Of a DNA stretch of 46,225 nucleotides, positions 10,001 through 20,799 are shown piece by piece (position 1 is the stretch's first letter; the number at the start of each line of letters is the position of its first letter). The notes beneath the pieces were generated by a model, which was given only the letters and a program-made list of their open reading frames with translations, ran no database searches and had not been told where the DNA came from. The stretch covers positions 1 through 46,225 of the forward strand of contig JWZX01003159.1 of NCBI GenBank assembly GCA_001275005.1, written 5' to 3'. This stretch comes from Chrysochromulina tobinii. Taxonomy: Eukaryota. Both the position numbers and the translations under genes were made by a program.

Positions 10001-12821
10001 GAAGCGAAGGCAGAGTGAGCGCCGTAGTGAGCGGCGACGGCACCGAAGGAATGTCACGCCGTGGCGGCGGGGTGCCCTCGGGCGTAGCACCCTCGGTCAG
10101 CCGCAGCCGACCTATCGGGGTCACGTCCATGGCGCGCGGCACCGCCGTGCGCCGACCCACACCCGTCTCGTGCACGCCAGCCGAGCCAGCCGAGCCGGCA
10201 GAGGGCGCACTAGCGGAGGAGGGGGCCACTCCCGACGCCGTGGGCGACTGCTGCCAGCCCGCGGTGGGGTCCGGGGAGACGAGTCGGGTGTGCGCATGAT
10301 TGGCGCAGCAGGGCGTGAGAGCGGTCGGTGTCTCGGCCTTGGCACCCCCGGCGCCGACCACTGCCCCACGATGTTTGGGCAGCGGCGGAGTGCCGTTGGG
10401 CTCGTGGGAGCCTCTCGCCACACCCTCCACGGCAACGCCGGCACCCGCCACGGTGCCTGAGAGCATAGTAGGCGAGGCTGGGCTCGCAGCGGTCAGCGAT
10501 AGGTGCCGAGGGGGCGGCAGGGGCGTGGCCGTCGTCACGGGCGGGCGGAGTGGCACATGGCCGCCGAAGGAGGCGGCCGCAGCCTCTTGCGCGGCCACTC
10601 CCCGGGCGGCCCTCATGTGCTGCAGCCCACGATCCATGCTGCGGTCTGGCGCACTGCAAGTGGCGCCATCGCCAGCCGCCCCGGTCCCCGTCCAGTCGAG
10701 CGCCGTCGCAGTGCGCTCCAGCAGGCGTGACGCCTCGGCCGAGGGGCAGCCCTCCCAGTTGCTACCGCCGCTGCCTCTAGCTTCGCCGAAGAGCTCGACC
10801 GGTCGCACCGCCATGGGCTCCATCGGCTCCAAGCTCGGCTGCGACGGGCTGCGCGCATCGGCCGAGGCGGGCCGCTGGGGCAGCGGCGGTGGCATGGCGA
10901 TCGCTGCCCCATGCGCCTCCTCCTCCCCCGTCTCAGCCCGAGAGGCCGTCTGCCCTGCCTCTCTCATGCGCGAATGCGAGGCAGGCTCCGCCGTGGAAGG
11001 GCGCGGCGGCGGCGTCCGCGCCCCCCTGCTGGCGCCGTCTAGGGTCGCCGCCACGGCCGCCGACACTGCCGCTCCGCCCAGCGTGGTGCCGAGCAGCATG
11101 CCCGCAGCATCGGTGTCACGCGCCCCCTCGGGCGACAGAGGCGACTGCAACGAGGCAGCCACAGAGGCCATGCTCGGAGCTGCGCCGCCAGCCTTGCCTC
11201 CCTGCAAGCTTGTCGAGGCGGCCGCGACTTCTGCGGGAAGGAGCGTCGATTGCAAGCCGCCGTTGGAGCGCGGCGCCACCACCGCCGCCGCGCCAGCCGC
11301 AGGATAGGCCGGCGGCCTCTTCTCTGGGGCCCCACCGGCGCCCACGGTAGCGCCCAAGGCAGCGGTCGGTGGCTGGCCAGGCCAGCTGTGGGCCTCAGCG
11401 CCCTTGGTCGCACCGGACGGTCCGCCAGTCGACTTGAGGTTCTCCTCGGCATCGACTTCGCGTCGGGGGCGTATCGACGGCGCGCTGGCCTCGGCCTTGC
11501 GCTTGGGCGCCTGCTGGGATGTGGCGGCCGAGCTGGGAGCAACCTCCCTTGGCGCGGGCCTTCCACAGGCACCGGCACCGGCGCCCGCAGCCGGGCCAAT
11601 CGCTGCCTCGCCCGCCGGAAGGGCGCTGCCGCGCCGTGCGGTGCGGCCGGGTGGCTTCTCCGCATGTTGACCTCTGTAACCGCTGATGACCGCTGCTGAC
11701 CTCTGATTGCCTCCCTCATCAGGTGGCTTCTCCGCGGGCGAGGCGGCGCCGCGCCGCCCTCGTCGGCGCTCACCTGCTGCAGCAACGCTCGCGGCTGCGC
11801 CATCCCCGGCCGCCCTGCAGCTCGCCGCGTGCGCGTTCGCCTCCTCCTCGTGCACCGCTGCCGTGGCAGCGTCGGCCTCGGCGCCGGGCCTCACGGGCTG
11901 TGGCTGCTCGGGCGCCGCGGGGGTCCCCTCGGTGAAGTCGTTACTCGCGAGCCTCGGCAGCACAGAAAGGAACATGTGTGGGTTGTCCCGGCGCAGCTGC
12001 AGCGCATGTGCGGGCGCGCGCAGCCCGCGGCTGGGCGACACGGCTCCGGCGATGAAGGGATGCTGCAGCAGGTGCGGCCAGCCTAGTCGGTGCTCGGGGT
12101 TCTTGCGCAGTAGCCCCGAGAGGAACGAACGGAACGATGGGCTCATCTGCGGCGGGAACTGCACTTCCTGCTGCACGATGAGCGAGATGAGCGTGTAGAT
12201 GTTGTTGGTGTAAAAGGGCGGCTGGCCGGCAAAGAGTTCGAAGAGGATGATGCCGAGCGACCACAGGTCCGCGCGGTGGTCGTACGGCTGCTCCTGCACG
12301 AGCTCCGGCGACATGTACAGCGGCGTCCCCTTGATGGACGTGAGCACCGTAGTGTGCTGCGACATGGCGCGAGCGAAGCCAAAGTCGCAGAGCATGACAC
12401 GCGAACCGGCGCCGAGGAGCACGTTCTGCGGCTTCATGTCGCGGTGGATGACACGGTTCGAGTGCAGGTAGTAGAGCGCCTGCACGAGCTGCCGAGCGAT
12501 GATGCGCACCTCCTCCTCAGGCAGCGAGCGGTCATCCTCGAGCACCTCGAAGAGCTCGCCCTGGGCGTACTCAGTGACGACAATGATCTCCGACTCGGTC
12601 TCGAAGTAGTCGAGCATGAGCACGATGTTCTCGTGCTGCAGCGTGCGCAGGATCTCGATCTCCTGCCGAAGAGCCTGCAGATCACGGTCAGAGCGGCCAC
12701 CGGTCGGGATGAACTTGAGCGCGACCACCTGACCGCAGAACTTACGCCGACCCTTGTACACCTTGCCAAAGGAGCCCTCGCCGATAAGCTCGAGCACAAT
12801 GTACCGGTCGAGGCCCTCCAT
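7080..12821 (-). CDS. STK36: Fused/TIO (STK36/ULK-family) Ser/Thr kinase with long low-complexity linker and C-terminal ARM/HEAT repeats, ~1913 aa
   Basis: N-terminal kinase: [67 protein letters not shown] (typical of Fused). C-terminal [43 protein letters not shown]. Start taken at ATG 12821; in-frame introns in the linker cannot be excluded. Confidence 0.93.
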   Translation of the reverse strand: MEGLDRYIVLELIGEGSFGKVYKGRRKFCGQVVALKFIPTGGRSDRDLQALRQEIEILRTLQHENIVLMLDYFETESEIIVVTEYAQGELFEVLEDDRSLPEEEVRIIARQLVQALYYLHSNRVIHRDMKPQNVLLGAGSRVMLCDFGFARAMSQHTTVLTSIKGTPLYMSPELVQEQPYDHRADLWSLGIILFELFAGQPPFYTNNIYTLISLIVQQEVQFPPQMSPSFRSFLSGLLRKNPEHRLGWPHLLQHPFIAGAVSPSRGLRAPAHALQLRRDNPHMFLSVLPRLASNDFTEGTPAAPEQPQPVRPGAEADAATAAVHEEEANAHAASCRAAGDGAAASVAAAGERRRGRRGAASPAEKPPDEGGNQRSAAVISGYRGQHAEKPPGRTARRGSALPAGEAAIGPAAGAGAGACGRPAPREVAPSSAATSQQAPKRKAEASAPSIRPRREVDAEENLKSTGGPSGATKGAEAHSWPGQPPTAALGATVGAGGAPEKRPPAYPAAGAAAVVAPRSNGGLQSTLLPAEVAAASTSLQGGKAGGAAPSMASVAASLQSPLSPEGARDTDAAGMLLGTTLGGAAVSAAVAATLDGASRGARTPPPRPSTAEPASHSRMREAGQTASRAETGEEEAHGAAIAMPPPLPQRPASADARSPSQPSLEPMEPMAVRPVELFGEARGSGGSNWEGCPSAEASRLLERTATALDWTGTGAAGDGATCSAPDRSMDRGLQHMRAARGVAAQEAAAASFGGHVPLRPPVTTATPLPPPRHLSLTAASPASPTMLSGTVAGAGVAVEGVARGSHEPNGTPPLPKHRGAVVGAGGAKAETPTALTPCCANHAHTRLVSPDPTAGWQQSPTASGVAPSSASAPSAGSAGSAGVHETGVGRRTAVPRAMDVTPIGRLRLTEGATPEGTPPPRRDIPSVPSPLTTALTLPSLRAPPLTTNAVERHVERQGDGGSSMAAAALPERFLPSVPRAATAPSGSNAACAADAGLDAALTGVEARVAKLLQALESPATRIDALTQLEGLQRAEALTISAMRSQLARTPPALRALCDLLDEAPASALSLLSAVVHTPVDEAPSPPPPPPARPSHARSAAAPESDNEALGPHSQAGHSLCCAVGQHLLAYRSRVAGWMGRLPLPTLRLLLSVGRAQPALAAALATDELTQLALWGVVTAAAEARPTVVAPWKERDETGGEVAALLAMLLLNLLLSHGSQQTRSAAVLCSSPHLPTLVRWLATAPPLVPPPSQPPTAADQHPFTFLPAILPSPTEPSSAAGSPSDGGRAAVLASVASGCLAELLRTDVSAHDVLAALQADVGDSGAVSRALAWLEWLLHPAAAVAADEALRTAEGTAFGLPHTRAADGLAALLQRLLSRLPRKHAHLAPLGKSSLWRALAGALRTVSQGSLVHTGSTTSALTSGAAVAAAAALSAANGPPEPPPLLSIVGTLMLVRAAHEGLSKYAEVSAGKLLHSGLLAALMHLLERTEPLGSTTATMGATAGPWRPAAPLREVRLVATARGGGAGAASALLNAVSLTLYVPFGSRGERSAQALVALQQAMYSGELLGALLMSTPLAEPHDPQVAVGLMARLVLGSTHFAQQYVALGGVAPPTLRRMLAPARATATLTDALLILCQIARIGDAIGGADGGAGARASGGASGGAAAIGLSPAVHGSVLSERLPALLRHADGGVRAKACNLLGNLCKHSVGYYDVLRRGALLPLLSRRCADADAAVRKFACFAVGNAGFHSDELYAELASCVEPLVGCLSDLDHKTRANAAGALGNLARNGAQLSPELIARQVPQALLALALQVLAAPSDAAPAPAEGAAAKGGAAAGAADDEGGGNVDVAARLRSSRTAVFSLGNLAGHAECREVMTPLALDKALLPLVSHPDGMLRQYTTRVLQKLAQPQGGK
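11651..11722 (+). mobile_element. Introner-like element E4 (72 bp), antisense to and in frame within the kinase ORF
   Basis: GTGGCTTCTCCGC...CTCTGATTGCCTCCCTCATCAG on +, flanked by GGTGGCTTCTCCGC at 11650-11663 and 11722-11735. The kinase translation shows AEKPP twice, 24 aa apart. Confidence 0.8.
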
Positions 12822-13140
12822 ATGATGCACCTCTATTGGCGCGGGAGTCGGCGTCGTGAGCGGGAACACGTCAATCAACACAGCACTGTTTGTCGGAAGC
12901 GAAGGAACTTTGCCATCATAATCTCACATGCACATGTACATGTACACTAGATGACGTCGAGTTCACATTCGCCAAGTCGCCCACTACAACGCGCGTCCTT
13001 CTTTGTGTGGCGACGAGAGGTCGGCGCCGCGGCGTCCCGCTCGCTGCGCCCTGTCGGCGGCGAAACCCCAATCCTGACTCCCTTTGTCTTTTTTTTCTTC
13101 GCCCCGACAGGACAGGCGGCAGAGCCGCAGCCGCAGCAGC
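12822..13140. promoter_or_regulatory. Probable bidirectional promoter between the divergent kinase and proteasome alpha-7 genes
   Basis: 319 bp between head-to-head ATGs; partly lower GC; CACATGCACATGTACATGTACAC tract at ~12924-12946. Confidence 0.45.
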
Positions 13141-14012
13141 ATGTCGTCCATTGGCACCGGCTACGATCAGTCGACAACCACCTTCTCGCCCGATGGGCGC
13201 GTCTTCCAAGTGGAGTACGCGACCAAGGCGGTCGACATTAGCAGCACGGCGGTGGGGATCCGATGCAAGGACGGCGTCGTCATGTGCGTCGAGAAGCCGA
13301 AGCTCTCCAAGATGCTCGTCGAGGGCACCAACCGTCGCATCATGACGGTGGACAAGCACTCCGGCATCTGCATCTCCGGCATGATCGCGGACGCGCGGCA
13401 GATTGTCAACTACGGGCGGCGCGAGGCTACGGGCTACCTCGACTTCAGTGGCAGCCCGATCCCGGGCTCAGTGCTCGCCAGCCGCATCTCGATGATGATG
13501 CACACGTACACGCTCTACTGGTGCGCGGGGCTGCACCGCACCGCACCGGAATGCCTGCCCCCCCTCCTTGCTCCTCGCGCGTGCGCGCACCGATCGCGCG
13601 GCTTGACGCGCCCCATCGCGTCCGTGTACCTCGCCGCCGCAGGACTGTGCGGCCCTTTGGGGCGAGCGTGCTGATCGCGAGCTACGCCGAGGAGGGGCCG
13701 CAGCTGTACAGTGTGGACCCCTCGGGCGTTTCGTACCGGTACTTCGCGACTGCGATCGGCAAGGGCAAGAACGGCGCCAAGTCACAGCTCGAGAAGCTCG
13801 ACCTGACCACACTCACCGCGCGTGAGGCCGTCATCGAGGCCGCCAAGGTCATCTACTCGCAGCATGACCCGTCGAAGGAGAAGCCCATCGAGCTCGAGAT
13901 CTCGTGGGTGTGCGACGAGTCGAACAAGATGCACCAGCTCGTGCCACCCGCGCTGCACGCCGAGGCCGAGGCCGCCGCCAAGGCCTACCGTGAGGCGATG
14001 GACGACGACTAG
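13141..14012 (+). CDS. PSMA3: 20S proteasome subunit alpha type-3 (alpha-7), 249 aa; exons 13141-13520, 13643-14012
   Basis: MSSIGTGYD.STTTFSPDGRVFQVEYA.KAV signature; the 122-bp GT-AG intron 13521-13642 restores YTLYW-TVRPFG; C-terminal ELEISWVCDES. Confidence 0.96.
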
Positions 14013-14460
14013 CGCTCTTTGCGCGCGCACGCGAGCGAGCGAGAGAGCGAGAGAGGGGCGCACAGGCACGAGCTCTGCAGGGGGGCCGTGTGTGAGCGCG
14101 CATGAAGCCGCAGACATTGCTGAATTGTGTATTGGATTCAGACGCGAGTGGCCAGTTTTGTCGTAAGGTGACAGTATCACTCGTTTTCAATTCAATTCAC
14201 ACCTCTACTCACTTCGACACTTCTCGAAGCGGCTGGAGGGTGCGGCGGGGCGCGGCGCGGCGGGCGGGCAGTGGTGCGGCCCGGACTGGGACTCTCCGTG
14301 ACTCTCCCGCCGCCCCCGATCGCCCTTTGCTGAGGCTTTAGCCGCACCCGACCCGCCCGGACCGTCGAATTCGAAATTGTGCATTGAGCTGTCTCTTTTG
14401 CCGCGCGCTTTATTTGTTCACAGCCTGGTTTTTCTTCACGCTGCACAGTCGCGGATGAGG

Positions 14461-14579
14461 GAAGGCGGAGCTGGCGGCCGAGAAGGCGGCGGACCCGATG
14501 AACGAGCTTGTCGCCGGCATGGCCGCCGAGAAGGCGGAGCTGGCGGCCGAGAAGGCGGCGGACCCGATGAACGAGCTTG
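14461..14579 (+). repeat. 69-bp-period direct repeat (50-bp identical copies)
   Basis: GAAGGCGGAGCTGGCGGCCGAGAAGGCGGCGGACCCGATGAACGAGCTTG at 14461-14510 and 14530-14579. Confidence 0.9.
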
Positions 14580-15916
14580 CAGAGATCCAAGAGGATACCG
14601 TGGCCGAGGCCGAGGTCGAGAAGGGGGCTCAGGCGTCGACACTGGCCAAGGAGGTGGTCGACACGCAAGAGCACTGGAAGGAGCCGGCGAAGCGGCCGGG
14701 GCCAGGGGACTACGAGACGGGCCAGAGCACACTCTCGGTGCGCGGAGGCGTCATCGGCCGTGCGCCGCGCTTCGGCGCCGACAAGGACGGCAAAGAAGGA
14801 ACCGGTGCCGGATCGGGTGCGAATCGCCGGTGCGAATCGCCGCCTCGATCGCCGCCTGATCGGCCCACGGATGCCACACGCTTCGTGGACGCTGACCACA
14901 CAGGTGCATCCAAGACCACCAAGCGTGGCGCGGGCCGCGCGTTGGAGGCGCATCTGACCTCACTTGGCCTCGGTGAGCTGTATGAGACGCTTACACCGCT
15001 ACAGCGGAGCACCGCCGAAGAGAAGCTGAAGCTTGAGGTGCAGAGACAACGCGGTGGTGAGCTCTCCGCCCGGTTCCAGCAAAAGGCCGAACTGCTCAAG
15101 TACCAGCGCGCCCGTGACGACATCTCCAAGATGGAGAGCCGCCTGCGCCAAGAGCTCGCCAAGGTGCGCATGGTGCAGGACGATGCGCAGACGAAGGCTG
15201 TGGAAGCACAGGACCGCGGCATGAGCCTGAACAATGAGATCGTTAAGTATCAGCGGGCACGGGAAGACTGCCAAAAAGTCGCGTCTACCCTGCGAGTTGA
15301 GTTGACCAAGTGCCACGAGCTGCAGAACGACTTGAGCCTGCCCCGTCTCCTCGCGGAACTGGACTCACTTCGAAATCGGGCGAAGATGGCGTCCGAGTTC
15401 GAGGCAGCTGCAGCTGTGGAGAGGCAGCAGGCGGATGCGTATCGGGCGGAGGCGGCGAACCTGATGATGCACAACGCCGAACTGATGAAGGCCGACCTCA
15501 CGCGCCGAGACGACGTCGTTCTCATGGGCGAGCTGCAAAAATTTGTCCTCCGGGATGGCGAAAAGCTGCTCGGAGCGCTCGACGAGCTGGCGCATCTGCG
15601 GCGCACTGCCGTCCAGAGCCCGACCCCCATCGAGCAGCTTGCCTATGAGTTTGCCTACTTGCGTAATCGCATGCTGGCGAAGCGTGAAGCCAACCGAAGT
15701 AAGAATCTTGCGCTAGGTCGCCCAATCAGCAGTAAGGAACTCGCCACGCGCTCTCCTCCCGCGCGGCCAGCAAGTGCGGCGCTCCTCGCGCCACGGGCAG
15801 CCAGTTGCCACATAGAAACAGGGCCATTCACGCACCACGTTGGCGGTGCCCACGCGCGTACCGGCGTACCGTGCCCCTCTAGGCAGGCCCAAATCAGCTC
15901 ACGGTATCCGTACTAG
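14498..15916 (+). CDS. Hypothetical coiled-coil protein with one PGPGxY (STPG/SHIPPO-like) motif
   Basis: 472-aa ORF with coding-like codon use, PGPGDYE, and an internally repeated coiled-coil segment (KYQRARDD / KYQRARED). 5' end uncertain. Confidence 0.65.
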   Translation: MNELVAGMAAEKAELAAEKAADPMNELAEIQEDTVAEAEVEKGAQASTLAKEVVDTQEHWKEPAKRPGPGDYETGQSTLSVRGGVIGRAPRFGADKDGKEGTGAGSGANRRCESPPRSPPDRPTDATRFVDADHTGASKTTKRGAGRALEAHLTSLGLGELYETLTPLQRSTAEEKLKLEVQRQRGGELSARFQQKAELLKYQRARDDISKMESRLRQELAKVRMVQDDAQTKAVEAQDRGMSLNNEIVKYQRAREDCQKVASTLRVELTKCHELQNDLSLPRLLAELDSLRNRAKMASEFEAAAAVERQQADAYRAEAANLMMHNAELMKADLTRRDDVVLMGELQKFVLRDGEKLLGALDELAHLRRTAVQSPTPIEQLAYEFAYLRNRMLAKREANRSKNLALGRPISSKELATRSPPARPASAALLAPRAASCHIETGPFTHHVGGAHARTGVPCPSRQAQISSRYPY

Positions 15917-16083
15917 CACTTAAAATACCAGCCCGGTTCAAGCGCGCGCGCGCCGTCGAAGCGTCTGAGCTTGCAAAACACCTGTTGTTCACGGTGAAGG
16001 TTTTTCACGGTCAAGAATTTGAGCTCGCGGTTGGGAGGACAGCGCAGCTCTCACCTCCATCCGCACCACGAGAAACCAGCGAA

Positions 16084-17193
16084 ATGCGATCCATCCTCGG
16101 CAATGCCACCAAGCGCGTGAAGACACCGCTAGTTGCGACTCGCCGGCTGACGAGTGCCATTCAGACGGCTGTCGTGCGCAGCGACTGGACGCGTGCCGAG
16201 GTCGGCGAGATCTACCGGCTGCCGTTCACCGAACTGCTCTTCCGCGCAGCTGCCGTTCACCGGCAGTCATTCGACCCGCTCGAGGTGCAGCGCTGCACGC
16301 TGCTCTCGGTCAAGACGGGTGGCTGCACTGAGGATTGCAAGTACTGCGCGCAGTCGACGCGGTACAAGACGTCGGTGAAGGCGACGCCGTTGATGCCTGT
16401 GATGGACGTCATCGAGGCGGCCAAACGTGCCAAGCAGGCGGGGTCGACGCGCTTCTGCATGGGCACGGCGTGGCGCGAGCTGGGCGGCAAGAAGGCCATG
16501 TTCAACAAGATCCTCTCGATGGTGCGCGAGGTCAAGGCGATGGACATGGAGGTGTGCTGCACGCTGGGCATGGTGACAAAGGAGCAGGCTGTCCAGCTCA
16601 AGGAGGCGGGGCTCACCGCATACAATCACAACCTGGACACGTCGCGCGAGCACTACTCGAACGTGATCACGACGCGCTCGTACGACGACCGACTGCAGAC
16701 GATCGCCAACGTGCGCGCCGCCGGCCTCACGGTCTGCTGCGGCGGCATCCTCGGGCTCGGTGAGACCGAAGATGACCGGATCGGCCTGCTCACCGAGCTT
16801 GCCACGATGGAGGTGCACCCGGAGTCGGTGCCCGTGAACGCGCTCGTGCCGATCGAGGGCACGCCCTTGACAGACTACAGCCCGCCCGACGTCTTCCAGA
16901 TGGCCCGCACCATCGCCACCGCGCGCATCGTGATGCCCAAGAGCGTGGTGCGTCTCTCCGCCGGCCGTCTCTCCTTCTCGCCTCTGGAGCAGGCGGTCAT
17001 GTTCATGGCTGGCGCGAACTCGATCTTCACCGGCGACAAGCTGCTTACCACACCAAATCCCGACTTCGACGCCGACGGCGAACTCTTCCAGTCTCTCGGG
17101 CTTAAGGGGCGTCCCGCCTTTTCGGCTCCTCTCCAGTACCAGCCACGTGAGCTCGGCAAGCAGACGGCAAGCGCCTGCGCGCAGGCGGCGTGA
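16084..17193 (+). CDS. bioB: Biotin synthase (radical SAM), 369 aa, probable mitochondrial presequence
   Basis: CTLLSVKTGGCTEDCKYCAQS (CxxxCxxC), GSTRFCMG, YNHNLDTSRE, HPESVPVN, VRLSAGR, AGANSIFTGDKLLTTPN; Arg/Ser/Thr-rich N-terminus from ATG 16084. Confidence 0.97.
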   Translation: MRSILGNATKRVKTPLVATRRLTSAIQTAVVRSDWTRAEVGEIYRLPFTELLFRAAAVHRQSFDPLEVQRCTLLSVKTGGCTEDCKYCAQSTRYKTSVKATPLMPVMDVIEAAKRAKQAGSTRFCMGTAWRELGGKKAMFNKILSMVREVKAMDMEVCCTLGMVTKEQAVQLKEAGLTAYNHNLDTSREHYSNVITTRSYDDRLQTIANVRAAGLTVCCGGILGLGETEDDRIGLLTELATMEVHPESVPVNALVPIEGTPLTDYSPPDVFQMARTIATARIVMPKSVVRLSAGRLSFSPLEQAVMFMAGANSIFTGDKLLTTPNPDFDADGELFQSLGLKGRPAFSAPLQYQPRELGKQTASACAQAA

Positions 17194-17481
17194 GCTTCGC
17201 GCGCAGAGGGCGGTGTGGGATGGCTGCGTGCGCAGCTCCAGACAGGAGAGGGCTCTCTCGCCTTTATGGTGAGAGCGTGAGTTGAGATATTTGGCCATGC
17301 ATGTCGTCTTGTGTCGGTTGCGCAAGTGATATGTCTTTCAAGTATGTGAGATCCATGTCAAGACGGCCGGGGTGGACTCGTTAGTGGCCGAAAACTCGAT
17401 AAGGGATGTGAATTCACAGCCTTCAGCGCCCAAACTCGTCGCATCGACCCCGAGAAGCGGGAAGGGTTGGTGTTGGGCCCG

Positions 17482-18363
17482 ATGCCGCCGGCGCGGCCGA
17501 TTTCGGTCAAAGAAAGCGAAAGACTCGTTTTGCCGCCGCATCTCATCGCAGAGCCTGTGGCTATTCAAACCGAATATGCAGAGCTCGCCGCCGCCAATCA
17601 TCTCAGCATCCCTCAGGCAGCCCTGTCGTGTGGTCAGATGCTCGAGTTGCGTGCGGACCCCAAAGCAACACTCCCTGCACCCACCTCGTGGCCGTGTGCG
17701 ACCACCTGCGCCCTTTCTCACCCCGGCCTGCTTGGCATGGTGCGTCGTTTGAATGGGCTCGGATATCGGCTCGTCGTGGACACGTCACTTCGTCAGCCTC
17801 TTAGTGCGCCCGCATCCCGTGGTACTCACGCCGCCCAAGAGCTACTTGTCAGACATCTTTCTACCGTCGGTGCCTACTTTAGCCAGCGCCGCCGTTGCAT
17901 CGGCATCGCGACGGACTCTGCCTGGCACGAGCTCATACACGAAGGGTGCCATGCCACTTTCGATGCGCGCGTGCGACAAGCAGTCAAAAATGCACCGGTG
18001 GCACCAGAAGCGCTGCAGACGCACTACGAGCATCTCCGTGCGCGCGGCTACACTGAGATGGGTGCGGAGCAATACATCTGTCATACCCACGAGCTCTATG
18101 CGCTGCGCGACCGATCGAGCACCACTGCCGCCATTCGGAGAGTTCTTGTGTGGGACAACATGAACCTCGATGCCTACCGCGACCTCACTGCAATCCCACC
18201 GGCGGAGCGAAGTGCTGTGCAGAAGGCGGAGATTCGCAGGATCGCAATGCTTCGACGATTTGTGACGGGCCCTGCTCCTCGCCTTGGCATCTGCGTCGCC
18301 GTGGCCTTCTGCGCCGTCACCAGCATCGTTGGTGTTGTTGCAAAACCGAGATCAAGTACATGA
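17482..18363 (+). CDS. Hypothetical protein with HExxH zincin-like motif and C-terminal transmembrane segment
   Basis: WHELIHEGCHA, downstream EMGAEQ, and C-terminal LGICVAVAFCAVTSIVGVVA. Start uncertain. Confidence 0.6.
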   Translation: MPPARPISVKESERLVLPPHLIAEPVAIQTEYAELAAANHLSIPQAALSCGQMLELRADPKATLPAPTSWPCATTCALSHPGLLGMVRRLNGLGYRLVVDTSLRQPLSAPASRGTHAAQELLVRHLSTVGAYFSQRRRCIGIATDSAWHELIHEGCHATFDARVRQAVKNAPVAPEALQTHYEHLRARGYTEMGAEQYICHTHELYALRDRSSTTAAIRRVLVWDNMNLDAYRDLTAIPPAERSAVQKAEIRRIAMLRRFVTGPAPRLGICVAVAFCAVTSIVGVVAKPRSST

Positions 18364-18497
18364 GAGCCGGCGTCCGGTTGCTGAGCCTCAGATCTCGCTT
18401 GAGTCTCTCGCTGTGCGAGCTGCGCCACCGAATCTGCGAGTTATGTCTGCCTCATTTTTAGGGGGTTTTGAAGTTTTCATGCACTTCGGTGTCCATC

Positions 18498-19221
18498 TCA
18501 CCATGCAGGAGCGCTCGCTCGCGAGGCGGTTTCTTCGGCGCGCCGTCTCGACGGGACACGGCGCAGGACGAACACGCCACCACGACCTCCGCGCGATATA
18601 CGCATGTCATCGTCGCACCACGTGGTCCGCAAGGAGCCCACCGGCCGGGGCAATGGCACGCGCAGCCCCCCGTCAGACTCCGATTCGAAGCGTAATGTGC
18701 ACTCACGGAAGGTTACGTCCAGGTCGTTGCCGATGGTGCGAATCGCATCACCGGTCCACGAGAATCTCGAGCCGCCGAGGCTCGAAGGGACCGATGGCGG
18801 GCAGCGCGATGCGCACACGGTTGCGCACGATGCCGCCCACCGTATCGACGAGCTGCTCGTTGGAAGCACTGGATGAGCCTTCAGGTTGGGCGCCGGCGAG
18901 AGCAGGCGCAAACTTGAAGAATGTGGAGTACGTGGCGTCGATCAGCGGCTGCAGAACATTGCCGCGCCGCCTCTGAGAGCTGGGCGGTGTTAGTTGCGTT
19001 GAGAATATTAACGTCCAACGCCCGTCAATTGTGCTCTGTTCATTGTCTGTGCAGGCTTCAAGCGCTTCCACGGCGTCGAGCACGATGCGTTGGTTTGTAG
19101 GCGTTGCGTCGCGCCGTAGTTCTGCAACGGCCGTGACGAGCGCTTGCTTACGACTTGCACTCGGCGATGGCGACGAAATCAAGCCGACGATTGCGATCAC
19201 GGCGCAAGTGACGAGCGCCAT
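18498..19221 (-). CDS. PAP/fibrillin-domain protein with signal peptide; apparent 1-bp frameshift near 18756
   Basis: RKQALV...AVEALEA...IDGRWTLIFST, then NEQLVD...VRNRV in one frame; LDVTF...VGSLRTTWCDDDMRISRGGRGGVFVLRR (fibrillin C-terminal motif) in another frame. Confidence 0.8.
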
Positions 19222-19890
19222 TCCTGGTTGGGTTCACATGAACTGACTGAACTGTCAGTCAAGTCAAGTCTACAGGAACTGGAACATGTGGTCTGTGTGC
19301 ACCAGACTAGGGGTTACCCCTACTATTGTATCCAGACAGAGGACACGTCGACACACTCGACGCTGGGCCGCTGGCGATGAAAATCTCTGGAATGAACGCT
19401 CTTCCATTTCGTTCTTTTTGAGAGACACACTGAGGTACACCAGGCAACTACACCAGGCAACAGCGAACAGGGGGTGCTGTCCGGCCGCCGGGGGCGGGGC
19501 CGCGTGCGCGGCAGCCTTTGCAATCGTACATGTCATGTAATATGCAAATATCACATGCCCCCACATGATCATCATGATGATCGGATCATGCCTTAATCAT
19601 GCCGTGTGCTAAGAGTCTCTTTAAAGAGTTACTTCTCATGCTCTTGAACAAGAGTCCTTCGTGGCTATGTAATGATGTACACCCTAGTACTCTGAGCTTA
19701 GAACTATGTACATTACGTATGGAAAGATGTAAGATCGCTTTCGCGGCTCGTCTCTCGCGCGTCAATCGCGGTTCGCGCATCGGACCATCGGCATCGCCCC
19801 GCCTCATCCTCGCTCTCTATGGTACGGGGCGAATACGCCCGATCTCTAGAACCATGCAGTTCAGCTCGACGGCCGTAGCTCTGGGCAGCA

Positions 19891-20799
19891 TTATGAAATC
19901 TTGCTCCATGCGTAGCGCACGAGCAGTGGCTTCCGACCGGTGCTGGCGGAGTGGAAGGCGATCGACACCTTGTACTCGCCGCAGACCGCGAAGCTGTTGG
20001 GCACGTCATCGGGAGGCATGTGGAACTCGTACGGGGGCTCGTCGGCAGCCTGCTCCTCGTAGGTGCCCAGCTTTGTCTTCCTGGTGTAGACGGGCACATG
20101 GGCGCCCCAAACTTTCTTGTACGTGGTGACTGTGCAGGTCAGGTCCCGCAGCTGCGCTCGGGCGTTGAACTTCATAATCTCCATGACCCGATCGCCGCGT
20201 TTGAGAGAGAGGTGATCGGGACGATCCGTCCAGCGCAGCTCGCCCGAGTGCGCATCGAACACGTGGTTGCCGCACCACACGAAGCGCTCATCGCTCTCAA
20301 TGAACTCGCCGCCGAGAGCGCCGATGTCGCCGCTCTCATCACTCGTGGCGCAAGTCACCGTGTCCGTGACAGTTTCTGAGAGCGCCACGCCCGATGGATT
20401 CCGCCTGTGCATCTTCTTGCCCACGCTGCCATCATTGTCGGTCTCCTCTGTTGACGGTGCGGACGGTGCGGCAGCAGGTGCTGATGCTGGTGGCTGCGGC
20501 TGTGGGGGTTCTCCAGATTGCCTGCACGTGAGAAGGAACAGGCGACATTTTGACGTCAGTGCTGTGTTGTTGTGCATGCGAGCGTGCGAGGGGACCAATG
20601 TGCAGCTACGAACAAACCTTGCGGCCAGGCGGTTGATTTCATGAAATGAGTTGCGCGTCGGGCTGACGGGACCTTGTCCCTCGGGGATCGAAGCTAGCGT
20701 CAGGAACTCGATGATGTCGATCAGCCCGTCTGCCGCCGAGGTGTTCCGCTTGTGGCCGGCCCTCCGCTGTCCGCCTTTGTCTTCATGAGGCCGGATCAT
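19891..20799 (-). CDS. Rho GDP-dissociation-inhibitor-like (RhoGDI Ig-fold) protein; probable in-frame intron 20522-20617
   Basis: C-terminal LSLKRG...MKF...LRDLTCTVTTYKK...KLGTYE...YEFHMPPDDVPNSFAVCGEYKV...YAWSKIS resembles the RhoGDI pattern from memory; 96-bp GTTTGT...CTGAC...TGCAG segment looks like an intron. Confidence 0.6.
   Translation of the reverse strand: MIRPHEDKGGQRRAGHKRNTSAADGLIDIIEFLTLASIPEGQGPVSPTRNSFHEINRLAARFVRSCTLVPSHARMHNNTALTSKCRLFLLTCRQSGEPPQPQPPASAPAAAPSAPSTEETDNDGSVGKKMHRRNPSGVALSETVTDTVTCATSDESGDIGALGGEFIESDERFVWCGNHVFDAHSGELRWTDRPDHLSLKRGDRVMEIMKFNARAQLRDLTCTVTTYKKVWGAHVPVYTRKTKLGTYEEQAADEPPYEFHMPPDDVPNSFAVCGEYKVSIAFHSASTGRKPLLVRYAWSKIS

Noticed and set aside
7141..12950. 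Numerous long overlapping and antisense ORFs (also across the FN3 and bromodomain genes)
   Set aside because: Expected shadow ORFs in ~70% GC coding DNA; they are Arg/Ala/Ser-rich with no motifs.
16084..17193. Bacterial contamination or recent transfer of the intronless biotin synthase
   Set aside because: It has a eukaryote-style N-terminal presequence, host-like codon usage and eukaryotic neighbours, and many genes here lack introns.
19270..19830. Short ORFs (101 aa on -, 176 aa on +) in an AT-richer block
   Set aside because: No recognisable motif and atypical codon use; probably UTR or intergenic, though a small gene cannot be excluded.
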